Shown here: positions 47,914-57,365 of the stretch, piece after piece
Layout of the letters: each line of letters begins with the position of its first letter
How positions within the stretch are numbered: position 1 is the stretch's first letter
Assembly: GCA_036679605.1 (NCBI GenBank)
Contig: JAZDCZ010000419.1
Coordinates: 160,001 to 224,000, forward strand
Direction of reading: 5' to 3'
DNA from: Gemmatimonadota bacterium
GTDB lineage: Bacteria; Gemmatimonadota; Gemmatimonadetes; Gemmatimonadales; GWC2-71-9
DNA: 64,000 nt
Translations under genes and position numbers: made by a program
Notes under the pieces: generated by a model
Database searches by the model: none
Told to the model about the DNA's origin: nothing
The model's input: the letters and a program-made list of their open reading frames with translations, nothing else

Positions 47914-48722
47914 TGACGACTGTTCGAAGGAAATCGAGACGGCACATCCGGTTGATCCACTGCAACACCGCCGAGGCCGAAGATCGTGCTAGAAAACTGC
48001 GCGGCGCCGGCTACGACGTCACCTATGATGCACTCGAGGCGGGCTTCCTACGCGAACTTCGAGCGTGCCTGCCAAGCGCTGTGATCGTAGACCTCTCGAG
48101 ACTGCCGTCACAAGGACGAGACGTAGCAATTGCAATAAGACACGCTAAGGCCTTGCGACATGTACCTCTTGTATTTGTGGGGGGGCATCCAGACAAGCTA
48201 CCTGCGATAAAGAAACACTTGCCCGACGCAGTCTACACCAATTGGAGCAGCATTCGAACCGCACTCAAGAAAGCCATCGCGAGTCCAATCAGCGATCCCG
48301 TCGTGCCCAAGTCGGGCCTAGCGGGGTATTCAGGTACACCGCTGCCCAAGAAACTGGGTTTCAAGGCCAACTCGGTTGTTGTAATCCTTGGTGCTCCACC
48401 CAACTTCGAAAAAACTCTAGGCGAGCTGCCCTCAGGGGTGACACTGCGCAAACGAGCGAGTAGCAAGCGCGATCTCACGATCTGGTTTGTGAAATCGGGC
48501 ACTCAACTCAGAAAGCGGATCGACCGCCTGGCCGGAGAGGTCCGAGACGGAGGACTTTGGATAGCATGGCCGAAGAAGGCTTCGGGAGTCTCAACTGATC
48601 TATCCGGTAATTCAGTTCGCAAGATAGGACTGGAATCAGGTCTGGTTGATTACAAGATCTGCGCTATCGACGACACCTGGTCGGGTCTCAAGTTTGCGCG
48701 TCGCAAGGCCGACCGTGGCTGA
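47910..48722 (+). CDS. Degenerate receiver-like domain fused to DUF3052
   Basis: N-terminal VIVDL...VPLVFV; C-terminal AGYSGTPLPKKLG, LWIAWPKKASG, GLVDYKICAID..WSGLKF. Confidence 0.8.
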   Translation: MMTTVRRKSRRHIRLIHCNTAEAEDRARKLRGAGYDVTYDALEAGFLRELRACLPSAVIVDLSRLPSQGRDVAIAIRHAKALRHVPLVFVGGHPDKLPAIKKHLPDAVYTNWSSIRTALKKAIASPISDPVVPKSGLAGYSGTPLPKKLGFKANSVVVILGAPPNFEKTLGELPSGVTLRKRASSKRDLTIWFVKSGTQLRKRIDRLAGEVRDGGLWIAWPKKASGVSTDLSGNSVRKIGLESGLVDYKICAIDDTWSGLKFARRKADRG

Positions 48723-48800
48723 GCGGCAACGCCCATGTCACTTCGGGCGTCTTAGAATACCGGCGCCCCCAAGATCAAAGAGATCTACATCGGAGGAATC

Positions 48801-49325
48801 GTGGAGTATAGCCTAGATGATGCTCTTGCCGTCCTGGAGCGAACGCCAACTGTGATCTCTGCGATGCTCCATGAACTACCTGAGGGCTGGACATCCGGAA
48901 ATGAGGGCGGGGAAAGTTGGAACCCCGTAGAGGTACTCGGTCACCTCATTCATGGCGAACGCGGAGACTGGGTGACTCGGGCGAGGACGATACTCGATAG
49001 CGGTGAGACTGAAACGTTTCATCCTTTCGACCGCTCCGCCCACCTGGAAGAATCGCGAACGACACCTCTGCAAGAACTTCTCGACAAGTTCACCCAACTG
49101 AGGTGCGAGAACATCGAAGAGGTGAAAGGCTGGAGCTTGACGGACGATGATCTCGATCGCCGGGGCAGACATCCGGATTTTGGTCCTGTCACGCTACGGG
49201 AGCTTTTCGCTACGTGGGTCGTACACGACTTGGGACACGTTGCACAAATCGCACGAGTTATGGCGAAGCAATACACGACAGAGGTTGGATCCTGGGCTGC
49301 CTACCTCCCTGTACTCGGCCGGTGA
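48801..49325 (+). CDS. DinB-family protein
   Basis: LERTP, W...EV.GHL..GE..DW..R, HDLGH..QI.RVMAKQY. Confidence 0.9.
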   Translation: MEYSLDDALAVLERTPTVISAMLHELPEGWTSGNEGGESWNPVEVLGHLIHGERGDWVTRARTILDSGETETFHPFDRSAHLEESRTTPLQELLDKFTQLRCENIEEVKGWSLTDDDLDRRGRHPDFGPVTLRELFATWVVHDLGHVAQIARVMAKQYTTEVGSWAAYLPVLGR

Positions 49326-50566
49326 TGTCAATCTGCCACACCGCTAGAGTCTTAGTCGTCGAACTGCTCAGTGTTGCTCTGATGGCATGCAGCGGCGATC
49401 GCCGCCCGGGAGTGATCGTGACCGACAGTGCAGGCGTGATGATCATCGAAAACCAAGAACCCATGTGGCAAGGCGAAGATTGGCGCATAGGAAACGACCC
49501 CGTACTCGAGATCGGTACCAGAGACAGCCCTTCTCATTATCAGTTTGACCGGATTGAACACGTTCTGCGGCTCGATGACGGCGTCATCGTGGTTGCAGAT
49601 GGTGGCTCCGCGGAACTACGCTTCTTTGACTCGTCCGGACACTTCGTCACCTCCTCGGGTGGACGAGGAAACGCTCCGGGCGAGTACCAGATGATCGAAT
49701 CGATCGGCGCAGGACCGGGTGACTCCATCTGGGTCTACGACTTTGGTGCTCGTCGCTTCACCGTGCTCACCTCCAACGGAATAGTCTCGAGAACGATGAC
49801 CCTCGATGGTACTCTGTCCAACGTCGGAGCGGTCGGACGACTCGACGATGGCAGTTTCGTGGTACGGGAGTATTGGTCAAGTCGCAGACGCGACATGGAA
49901 CTCGTGACCGGCCTTCGTCGCGACCCCGCAGCCATCGCGCGTTACTCTCCCGACGGCCTCACAATCGATACTATCGGACTCTTTCCCGGACGAGAGGTCT
50001 TCATCGGGAGCGAGAATGGCCGTGCAGTGATGAGCGCCCCCTTGTTTGCTCACAGCACCAGCGCGGCGGTAGCCAACAACACAGTGATTATTGGAGATCA
50101 GAACACTTTCCAGATCGGGCTCTACAGCTCCGATGGAGTCCTGACACGCCTAGTTCGCTTGCTCGATATCGATCTGCGCTTGACTGAACAAGACATAGCA
50201 CAGCTGAAGCAACAACGTTTGGCCGCACAGCCACCCGCTACTCGTCCAAGCTTGAGCAACCACATGGACAGAATGGACGTTCCAGCAAACAGACCTGCAT
50301 ACCGGGAGATCGTCGTAGACGAACTAGGCAACCTTTGGGTCGAAGATTACCAACCCGAGCCACGCAAGTCTTCTCGTTGGACAATTGTCGCAAGTGACGG
50401 GCGCTTGCTAGGTACCATCGGAACACCGCCAACATTCAAACTTCTGGAGGTTGGAGACACGTGGGTTCTGGGAGTGGGCTTGGATGAGGTGGATGTCGAG
50501 TACGTTAGACTGTACAAGCTAGACAAGAGCACACTCGACTCCGAGGATCAAGACCAGCTTAGATGA
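49325..50566 (+). CDS. Six-bladed beta-propeller lipoprotein
   Basis: LMAC lipobox, DSAGV.I.EN, GRG.APGEY, VDE.GNLWV, DE.DVEYV..Y. Confidence 0.8.
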   Translation: MSICHTARVLVVELLSVALMACSGDRRPGVIVTDSAGVMIIENQEPMWQGEDWRIGNDPVLEIGTRDSPSHYQFDRIEHVLRLDDGVIVVADGGSAELRFFDSSGHFVTSSGGRGNAPGEYQMIESIGAGPGDSIWVYDFGARRFTVLTSNGIVSRTMTLDGTLSNVGAVGRLDDGSFVVREYWSSRRRDMELVTGLRRDPAAIARYSPDGLTIDTIGLFPGREVFIGSENGRAVMSAPLFAHSTSAAVANNTVIIGDQNTFQIGLYSSDGVLTRLVRLLDIDLRLTEQDIAQLKQQRLAAQPPATRPSLSNHMDRMDVPANRPAYREIVVDELGNLWVEDYQPEPRKSSRWTIVASDGRLLGTIGTPPTFKLLEVGDTWVLGVGLDEVDVEYVRLYKLDKSTLDSEDQDQLR

Positions 50567-50633
50567 CACAAGCCGAGCAATTCTGCTGGAAAGACTGGAC
50601 TCCCGATCGCTGACATGGACGGAACCTGACAAA

Positions 50634-51911
50634 TTGAACCCCCAGGAAAGTGAGATCAGATCGCAGCAGGTTGGCAAGTTCGCGGCAATGATGAAAGTCG
50701 TTCTTGAACAGAATCAATTCTATCAGAACAAAATGAGCGCGGCGGGGTTCAGCAGCGGACAGATTCCGACCCTGGACTGCATCAGCGACATCCCGTACAC
50801 GACGAAGCAAGACCTTGTTACGGATCAGGCGATCACGCCGCCGTTCGGCACGAACTTCACGTTCCCCATAGGTCAATACACGAGGATACATCAGACCTCC
50901 GGAACAACCGGTCGACCTATCTACTGGCTGGACACGCCCGACAGCTGGGACTGGTGGCTCAGATGTTGGATGGAGGTCTATGACGCCGCCGGTGTCACAC
51001 CCGAAGATAGAATCTTCCTTGCGTTCTCGTTCGGCCCCTTCATTGGATTCTGGAGCGCCTTTGGCGCGGGTCAGAAAATCGGGGCTCTAATGATCTCGGG
51101 AGGTGGCCTGAGTTCCAAACAGCGCTTGGAAACCATGCATGAACTACAGGCGACCGTGTTGGTATGCACTCCCACTTACGCACTAAGACTCGCTGAGATC
51201 GCGCGCGACGACGGACTGTCGCTCGAAGACATTCCAATCCGGATTTCCATCCATGCTGGTGAGCCCGGCGCCAGCATTCCCAACGTCAAGGCTCGGATCG
51301 AATCCGCTTGGAGTGCTCCTTGCTTGGATCATGCCGGATCCACCGAGGTGGGTGCTTGGGGATACGGCTGTGGAATTGATAATCGCATGCACATCAACGA
51401 GCATGAGTTTTTTGTTGAAGTCATCGATCCTGAGACCCTCGGCTCGGCAACGGTGACCGACGGCGGAATCCAACGTGGTGAACTAGTTCTCACCAATCTC
51501 GGTAGAATCGGTAGCCCGCTCATCCGCTATCGCACCGGAGACTTGGTGGAAATGGTAAGGGATTCGTGCGAATGCGATCGCCATACTGCTTACTTGTTGG
51601 GAGCAGTACTTGGACGCGTCGACTCAATGATAATAGTCCGCGGTATCAACATTTTTCCAAGTGCGCTCGAGAACATCATTCGCGAATTCGAGGAAATTGT
51701 CGAGTTCGAGGTAGCGATTCAAGAGAAACTACAGATGGCCGACCTCTTGATTAAGGTTGAAATTTCTGCGCACGATCCACAGCAAATTGTCACAGCGCTT
51801 GCCGGCCGAGTCCACCAGAGACTAAATCTAAAGCCGAACGTCAAACTTGTGGACCCAATGAGTCTGCCGCGATACGAACTCAAGTCGCGGCGGTTCAGAA
51901 TCGATTACTAG
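50634..51911 (+). CDS. Phenylacetate-CoA ligase (PaaK)-family protein
   Basis: TSGTTG, TPTY, AGEPG, G.TE, PLIRYRTGD, GRVD.M..VRG.N.FP. Confidence 0.88.
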   Translation: MNPQESEIRSQQVGKFAAMMKVVLEQNQFYQNKMSAAGFSSGQIPTLDCISDIPYTTKQDLVTDQAITPPFGTNFTFPIGQYTRIHQTSGTTGRPIYWLDTPDSWDWWLRCWMEVYDAAGVTPEDRIFLAFSFGPFIGFWSAFGAGQKIGALMISGGGLSSKQRLETMHELQATVLVCTPTYALRLAEIARDDGLSLEDIPIRISIHAGEPGASIPNVKARIESAWSAPCLDHAGSTEVGAWGYGCGIDNRMHINEHEFFVEVIDPETLGSATVTDGGIQRGELVLTNLGRIGSPLIRYRTGDLVEMVRDSCECDRHTAYLLGAVLGRVDSMIIVRGINIFPSALENIIREFEEIVEFEVAIQEKLQMADLLIKVEISAHDPQQIVTALAGRVHQRLNLKPNVKLVDPMSLPRYELKSRRFRIDY

Positions 51912-51921
51912 GAGCACCCAG

Positions 51922-52470
51922 ATGCCCTTTCTCAAATCGCTCCCGGAAGACGGAGTTCTGCTCGACGTCTTCAAGAGTTTTCCAACTACAGCCTTGCCGC
52001 TAATACAATTCCACGAAGCATTGATGCGCGGACCATCGCAATTCTCCGTCGCTGAGCGGGAGTTGATAGCAGCGTATGTTTCAGGCCTGAATGCCTGCGA
52101 CTACTGTCACGGAGTTCATACAGCTACAGCCGAAGCATTTGGAATCACAGAGGGTATCTTGTCAGATCTATTGAGTGATCTCGAATCCGCAGACATTGAC
52201 CAGAAGCTCAAACCGGTGCTCCGATACGCAGAGAAGCTTACAAAGACTCCGAGCCGCGTTACACAGGATGATGCCGATGCTGTGGTCGCCGCCGGTTGGA
52301 GCGATCAAGCTCTGTACGAAGCAGTGTCGGTATGCGCATTATTCAATTTCATGAATCGACTGGTCGACGGACTCGGCATCAAGGCCGAGTCTGACTATTT
52401 CAAATTCGCTGCACAGCGACTTTCGGAGGGTGGATACGCAGCACTGGAGAAGCTCATCGAGAGTCAGTGA
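51922..52470 (+). CDS. AhpD/CMD-family peroxidase-related protein
   Basis: ERELIAAYVSGLNACDYCHGVH, FNFMNR. Confidence 0.9.
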   Translation: MPFLKSLPEDGVLLDVFKSFPTTALPLIQFHEALMRGPSQFSVAERELIAAYVSGLNACDYCHGVHTATAEAFGITEGILSDLLSDLESADIDQKLKPVLRYAEKLTKTPSRVTQDDADAVVAAGWSDQALYEAVSVCALFNFMNRLVDGLGIKAESDYFKFAAQRLSEGGYAALEKLIESQ

Positions 52471-52515
52471 CGGAGTGAGTAGCACCAAACCATACGGGAA
52501 TCTGGGAGACAGACC

Positions 52516-54579
52516 ATGAAGGTGAAACGAAATATCCTGATAGGAGTTTGCACCACACTAGCCCTCCAGTTCTCGGCGGGTAATGTATTGGCCCAAGACG
52601 ACGGCGCATCTCGCTTCCAACTCGCCGACGTGTTCGAACTCGAATACGCCTCTGACCCACAGATCTCTCCCGATGGAAGCAAGGTAGTGTTCGTCCGCAA
52701 TTTCATGGATATCATGACCGATCGAGGGCGATCAAACCTGTGGATCATCGATTCGGATGGTACCGGAGAGCGCCCCCTAACAACAGGTAACAAGAACTAC
52801 TCATCACCCAGGTGGTCGCCCAACGGAACGCGCTTGCTATACGTCTCCAATGTAGATGGGGCGAGCCAGCTTTACGCCCGATGGATGGACGACGGGCAAA
52901 CGGCGAAGCTCACCAACTTGACTGAGTCGCCTGCTGGACTCGCTTGGTCTCCGGACGGCAAGTGGATCGCCTTCTCCATGATGGTAACGCAACCGCAGCA
53001 GCCGTTCATCAACATGCCTCCCAAACCGGCCGGTGCGGAGTGGGCCGCCCCTGCAAAGGTCATTCAAAAACTGCAGTATCGGGCTGATGGTGCCGGGTAT
53101 CTGGAAGATGGATTCAGACAGCTCTTCGTGTTACCCGCGGAAGGCGGCACACCACGTCAAATCACCGACGGCGAATTCAATCACGGCGGCAGACTCTCAT
53201 GGACCCCAGACAGCAAGTCCTTGGTCTTCTCGGCAAATCGGCACGCCGATTGGCAGTATGATCCGATGAACTCGGAGATCTACGCTATCTCGGTGAATGA
53301 CGCGGCCATCACCGAACTGACCAGCCGTCAGGGACCCGATGCTTCACCGACGGTTTCACCTGACGGCAGGCGAATCGCATATCTGGGATTCGATGACCGC
53401 CTCCAGGGCTATCAAGTAACTCATCTTTACGTGATGAACAGGGACGGCTCCGGAAGAATTGCCGTCGCCGAAGATTTTGACCGCGATGTGCAACAACCGA
53501 GATGGGACAGATCGGGCAGAGGTGTCTATTTCCAGTACGATGACGCGGGCGACACCAAGATTGGCTACATGACGTTGGATGGAAAAGTGACGACTCTGGT
53601 AGGCGACGTCGGAGGCCTCTCTCTCGGGCGGCCCTACTCGGGGGGTTCATTCTCCGTGACACGAGACGGCCGGTTCGCGTTCACCCACTCCCGCCCGGAT
53701 CGTCCAGCAGATGTAGCCGTAGGACGCAGAGGAACGTCCGACATCAAGCGCATCACTGCGCTCAACGACGATCTCTTCGGCCATAAGGAATTGGGAAGAG
53801 TGGAAGAGATATGGTATGAATCGTCGTACGACAAGCGAAAGATCCAAGGCTGGATCGTAACACCTCCGGGATTCAGCTCGTCCCGCAAGTACCCCTTGCT
53901 ACTGGAAATCCATGGCGGCCCGTTCGCCAACTACGGAGCCCGCTTCTCTACCGAGATACAACTCTATGCAGCCGCCGGCTACGTGGTGCTGTACACGAAT
54001 CCACGCGGCAGTACCAGTTACGGTGAAGAGTTCGGCAACCTGATTCACCATGCGTATCCCGGTTACGACTACGACGACCTCATGTCAGGTGTAGATGCCG
54101 TTCTCGAGCGAGGCTACATCGACGAAGAAAACATGTTCGTTACAGGTGGAAGCGGTGGAGGAGTCTTGACCAGTTGGATAGTGGGAAAGACTGGCCGATT
54201 CAAGGCAGCGGTCGCAGCAAAGCCCGTCATCAATTGGTACAGTTGGGCATTGACCGCTGACTCATACAATTTCTTCTACAAGTATTGGTTTCCCGGCTTG
54301 CCTTGGGACGAGCCCGAGAACTACATGAAGCGCTCTCCGCTGACCTACGTGGGCAACGTCACGACACCGACAATGCTGCTGACTGGCGAAGTCGACTACC
54401 GAACACCCATCTCGGAGTCGGAACAGTTTTATCAAGCACTCAAGTTACGTAAGGTGGACGCGGCCCTGGTCCGGATCCCAGGAGCGTCACATGGCATCGC
54501 TTCCCGCCCTAGTAATCTGATTGCAAAGGTGGCCCACATACTGAAGTGGTTTGCGAAGTACCGGACCTCTACAACGTAG
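52516..54579 (+). CDS. Exported S9 peptidase (acylaminoacyl-peptidase-like)
   Basis: WSPDG propeller repeats, IHGGP, NPRGSTSYG, GGSGGG nucleophile, D.R, HG. Confidence 0.94.
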   Translation: MKVKRNILIGVCTTLALQFSAGNVLAQDDGASRFQLADVFELEYASDPQISPDGSKVVFVRNFMDIMTDRGRSNLWIIDSDGTGERPLTTGNKNYSSPRWSPNGTRLLYVSNVDGASQLYARWMDDGQTAKLTNLTESPAGLAWSPDGKWIAFSMMVTQPQQPFINMPPKPAGAEWAAPAKVIQKLQYRADGAGYLEDGFRQLFVLPAEGGTPRQITDGEFNHGGRLSWTPDSKSLVFSANRHADWQYDPMNSEIYAISVNDAAITELTSRQGPDASPTVSPDGRRIAYLGFDDRLQGYQVTHLYVMNRDGSGRIAVAEDFDRDVQQPRWDRSGRGVYFQYDDAGDTKIGYMTLDGKVTTLVGDVGGLSLGRPYSGGSFSVTRDGRFAFTHSRPDRPADVAVGRRGTSDIKRITALNDDLFGHKELGRVEEIWYESSYDKRKIQGWIVTPPGFSSSRKYPLLLEIHGGPFANYGARFSTEIQLYAAAGYVVLYTNPRGSTSYGEEFGNLIHHAYPGYDYDDLMSGVDAVLERGYIDEENMFVTGGSGGGVLTSWIVGKTGRFKAAVAAKPVINWYSWALTADSYNFFYKYWFPGLPWDEPENYMKRSPLTYVGNVTTPTMLLTGEVDYRTPISESEQFYQALKLRKVDAALVRIPGASHGIASRPSNLIAKVAHILKWFAKYRTSTT

Positions 54580-54628
54580 CTAGGGAACTCGTATCAGCCA
54601 CGGACTGTTTGTACTGCATAGCCATCAT

Positions 54629-55717
54629 ATGCCGCAAACGGGGTTGATAGAGATGAACAGTCGGCTGGAACATGGAAGGTTGGTAACACTGAGAGGACAG
54701 ACCCGCAAAGGTGCTGTCCTCTCAGTAATCGCACTGACGTTTGCACTGGCGTCGGAGGCGGCAGGTCAGGTAAATCCGACAACACCACCCCCAATAAGCG
54801 GTCACTCTCTCACGTTCGAAGATATATCTTCTGCCGACGTTCTTGCACGTGCGCACCTGATCCGTGATGAGATAGAACTCATTCGATTCGAGATGGGGAG
54901 ACCGACCGCGGGACCATCTGAGTTCGACGTGCGTAATGCATCGCCCCGTGAAGTCATGTTTCAGGCTTTCACTCTGTTCTTGAAAGCGAGTGAACTTCAG
55001 TTCGAGCTGGCGGGTACCTCGCCAGTGCCGCTGCAGTTGGAGTTGCCGCAAGAGGTGAGGCAGTTACATGTGTGGAGGGTGCTGGAAGTCGCTTACCAGC
55101 GAATCCTCACCGTGCGGAGGGAACTCGACATATCCGACCCCGTTGTCGAGCGGAGGCAGCCGCCATCTGCTGCTCCGACTGATGTCTTTCTAGCTATTGC
55201 CCAGGCAAACCGCCAATTGGACCAGTTGCTCAGCGAGCGCCTGGCGCCACGGGATGTGTTCTATCAGGTAAAGCTGGCTTCAAATTATGCCGTCCGCCTC
55301 CTTCAGCAATTTCCGGGAGCCCGAGTGATCCCTCCAGCACCCATGTTCGAACGTGGCAAACGACCTGTCGACGTGTTCAACCTACTACTCGCTAACTACG
55401 AGAAACTTCAGGGGGTCGCCATGTACTCCAGGATCGAGACTTTGAGCCTGGAGGTGACTAATCACGATACAGAGTGGGCAGGTCAAAACGAGGTCTCGCC
55501 GAGCGAGGTATACAACATTGCCATATTACTCGTCTCGGAGCTTGCCTACCTACACGCGCAGCTCGACTATTCCGATGCTCCGACCCCTGCCCGTGATTCC
55601 GGGGTGAAGGTGCCTGCGCACGTATATCAGCAGGCCCGGATTCTCCAACTTCAGCTGCAGGAACTCGAAAAGTTGGTGCACAAGAACCCCGATTGGCTCG
55701 CCGGAAGACTGAACTAG
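54629..55717 (+). CDS. Exported helical-repeat hypothetical protein
   Basis: Signal-like segment plus about eight P-x-[DEH]-V-[FYMW] helix-start repeats; start uncertain. Confidence 0.7.
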   Translation: MPQTGLIEMNSRLEHGRLVTLRGQTRKGAVLSVIALTFALASEAAGQVNPTTPPPISGHSLTFEDISSADVLARAHLIRDEIELIRFEMGRPTAGPSEFDVRNASPREVMFQAFTLFLKASELQFELAGTSPVPLQLELPQEVRQLHVWRVLEVAYQRILTVRRELDISDPVVERRQPPSAAPTDVFLAIAQANRQLDQLLSERLAPRDVFYQVKLASNYAVRLLQQFPGARVIPPAPMFERGKRPVDVFNLLLANYEKLQGVAMYSRIETLSLEVTNHDTEWAGQNEVSPSEVYNIAILLVSELAYLHAQLDYSDAPTPARDSGVKVPAHVYQQARILQLQLQELEKLVHKNPDWLAGRLN

Positions 55718-55726
55718 GCGTGTAGC

Positions 55727-56266
55727 CTAACCGGAGAGCGCCTCCAGCTCATTCCGGGCGTCATCTAGTATCTGAACTACCCGCTCTCTCTTCTCAGGGT
55801 CTTCTCTGAGCCTCCAGGACATCTTGTAGGCCAGGGTGACGAGCTTGCCCACTCGCTTGGTCAACTCCGGCACAGGGTCGTTTAGAAGACCGTCGATCAT
55901 CTCGTCGAGGCGATCGAAGATCTCGTCCACCGTGCTCTTGTGCTCGCTGAGAAACGCCCGGCCATCGTCGGTAATCGAATAGATCTTCTTTCCCTCCACC
56001 TTTTCACAGCTGACCAGGCCTTCGTCCTCAAGCCACTGGAGCGTGGGGTAGACCGACCCGGGTGACGGTTTGTAACAGCCGCGCGTGTGCTGTTCCAAGT
56101 CCTTCATCACCTCGTAGCCGTGCATCGGCTTGTCCCGGAGCAGCTTGAGGATGACATATTTCATGTCACCCGACTCGAACCAATGGCGCCGACTTCGGCG
56201 ACGTGCACCCTGTCTCGCCCAAAAGAACCAGGGCTCGAACCCAAGATTCCATGGCTTATCTCTCAT
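55727..56266 (-). CDS. PadR-family transcriptional regulator
   Basis: PMHGYEVM, YKPSPGSVYPTLQ.LEDEG, KKIYSITDDG; AGGAGG RBS before ATG 56266. Confidence 0.93.
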   Translation of the reverse strand: MRDKPWNLGFEPWFFWARQGARRRSRRHWFESGDMKYVILKLLRDKPMHGYEVMKDLEQHTRGCYKPSPGSVYPTLQWLEDEGLVSCEKVEGKKIYSITDDGRAFLSEHKSTVDEIFDRLDEMIDGLLNDPVPELTKRVGKLVTLAYKMSWRLREDPEKRERVVQILDDARNELEALSG

Positions 56267-56291
56267 GATTCCCACCTCCTACTGACAATAT

Positions 56292-56338
56292 TCGATATTA
56301 CGCGTCGATATTACGTACGATATATCGTACGTAATATC
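56292..56338. promoter_or_regulatory. Putative PadR operator array
   Basis: Perfect 32-bp palindrome GATATTACGTACGATA|TATCGTACGTAATATC (56307-56338) plus TCGATATTACG repeated at 56292 and 56305. Confidence 0.75.
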
Positions 56339-56379
56339 TTACAAAAAGTCAACGGCTGGTAAGTGGTGGGTACAGCTAG

Positions 56380-56781
56380 TTAGTTAGCGAGGCTATGCGG
56401 CCACGGTCCTGCGGCATAGTAGGCAAATAGAAGGGCGGCACCCGCTAAGCCCAAAGTTTTCATGAAATGCGCCATCTCGTTCATCCGCTTGGCCGGATCG
56501 GTCTCGGTCCAGAAAGAATGGAGCGCCCAGGCCCCGGGAAAAAGCACCAGGAACAGCAGGCCGGCCCCTACGAAGCGTCGCCAGCCAAGCAGCACGAACA
56601 CACCGCCGACGAGCAGCATGAGCCCTGTAACCAACGCAACGGGCTTGGGCCCGGGTACGGCCTTGCTCTCGAAGAATGCTGCTGTGACCCGCATCCCCAG
56701 CAGATGGCGCAGCCCAAAGAAAATGGCGAATGACGCAAATAGGATGCGCCCGGTCAGGTGCATCCAGACATACTCAGGCAT
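56380..56781 (-). CDS. DoxX-family membrane protein
   Basis: GRILF, H.FW.ETD, NEMAHFMK.LGLAGAAL. Confidence 0.88.
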   Translation of the reverse strand: MPEYVWMHLTGRILFASFAIFFGLRHLLGMRVTAAFFESKAVPGPKPVALVTGLMLLVGGVFVLLGWRRFVGAGLLFLVLFPGAWALHSFWTETDPAKRMNEMAHFMKTLGLAGAALLFAYYAAGPWPHSLAN

Positions 56782-56791
56782 CAGGATTCCC

Positions 56792-57199
56792 TCAGTTACC
56801 CAGACTCATGGGCCAGTAGAAGCCCGCGTGATAAACGATGAAAAGCGCGGCGCCAGCGAGCCCGAGAGTTTTCATGAAGTGAGCCATCTCGTTCTGCTTC
56901 GCCATTGGATCGGTCTCCTTCCAGAACGGATGCATCATGAAGGCGGTCGGTATGAGGAAAATCACCAGCAGCCCCGCACCGATGAAACGATGCCATCCCA
57001 ACAGCACCGACAGTCCGCCGAGCACGATCATGAGGCCGGTCACCGGAACAGCAACCTTTGCTGCGGGTACTCCCCTGCTCTCGGCGAAGCCCGCCATCTC
57101 CTTCATGTTCATGAAGTGGCCCATGCCGCCCCCAATAAACATCATGCTGAATAGGATTCTGCCCATGAGGTGGATCCAGGGGTAAGCTTCTTCTGGCAT
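56792..57199 (-). CDS. DoxX-family membrane protein
   Basis: GRILF, GH, HPFWKETD, NEMAHFMKTLGLAGAAL. Confidence 0.9.
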   Translation of the reverse strand: MPEEAYPWIHLMGRILFSMMFIGGGMGHFMNMKEMAGFAESRGVPAAKVAVPVTGLMIVLGGLSVLLGWHRFIGAGLLVIFLIPTAFMMHPFWKETDPMAKQNEMAHFMKTLGLAGAALFIVYHAGFYWPMSLGN

Positions 57200-57328
57200 T
57201 TTTTGCTCCCGTTTGCAAGAATCGCTGCATGATGCCGTAGCTTGAGCTAAATAGCAAGCGCCCTTGCGGTCAGACGCGGGAGAGAATACCGGATGGTCTT
57301 GGAAACTCGAGATGCTGCGGAGTACTGC

Positions 57329-57357
57329 TTGCGGCGCGCCCTTCTGGCGCGCCGCAA
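57329..57357 (-). terminator. GC-rich hairpin after the PDZ gene (possible terminator)
   Basis: TTGCGGCGCGCC-cttct-GGCGCGCCGCAA, within 10 bp of the stop at 57366; no clear U-tract. Confidence 0.55.
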
Positions 57358-57365
57358 TATGTTCC

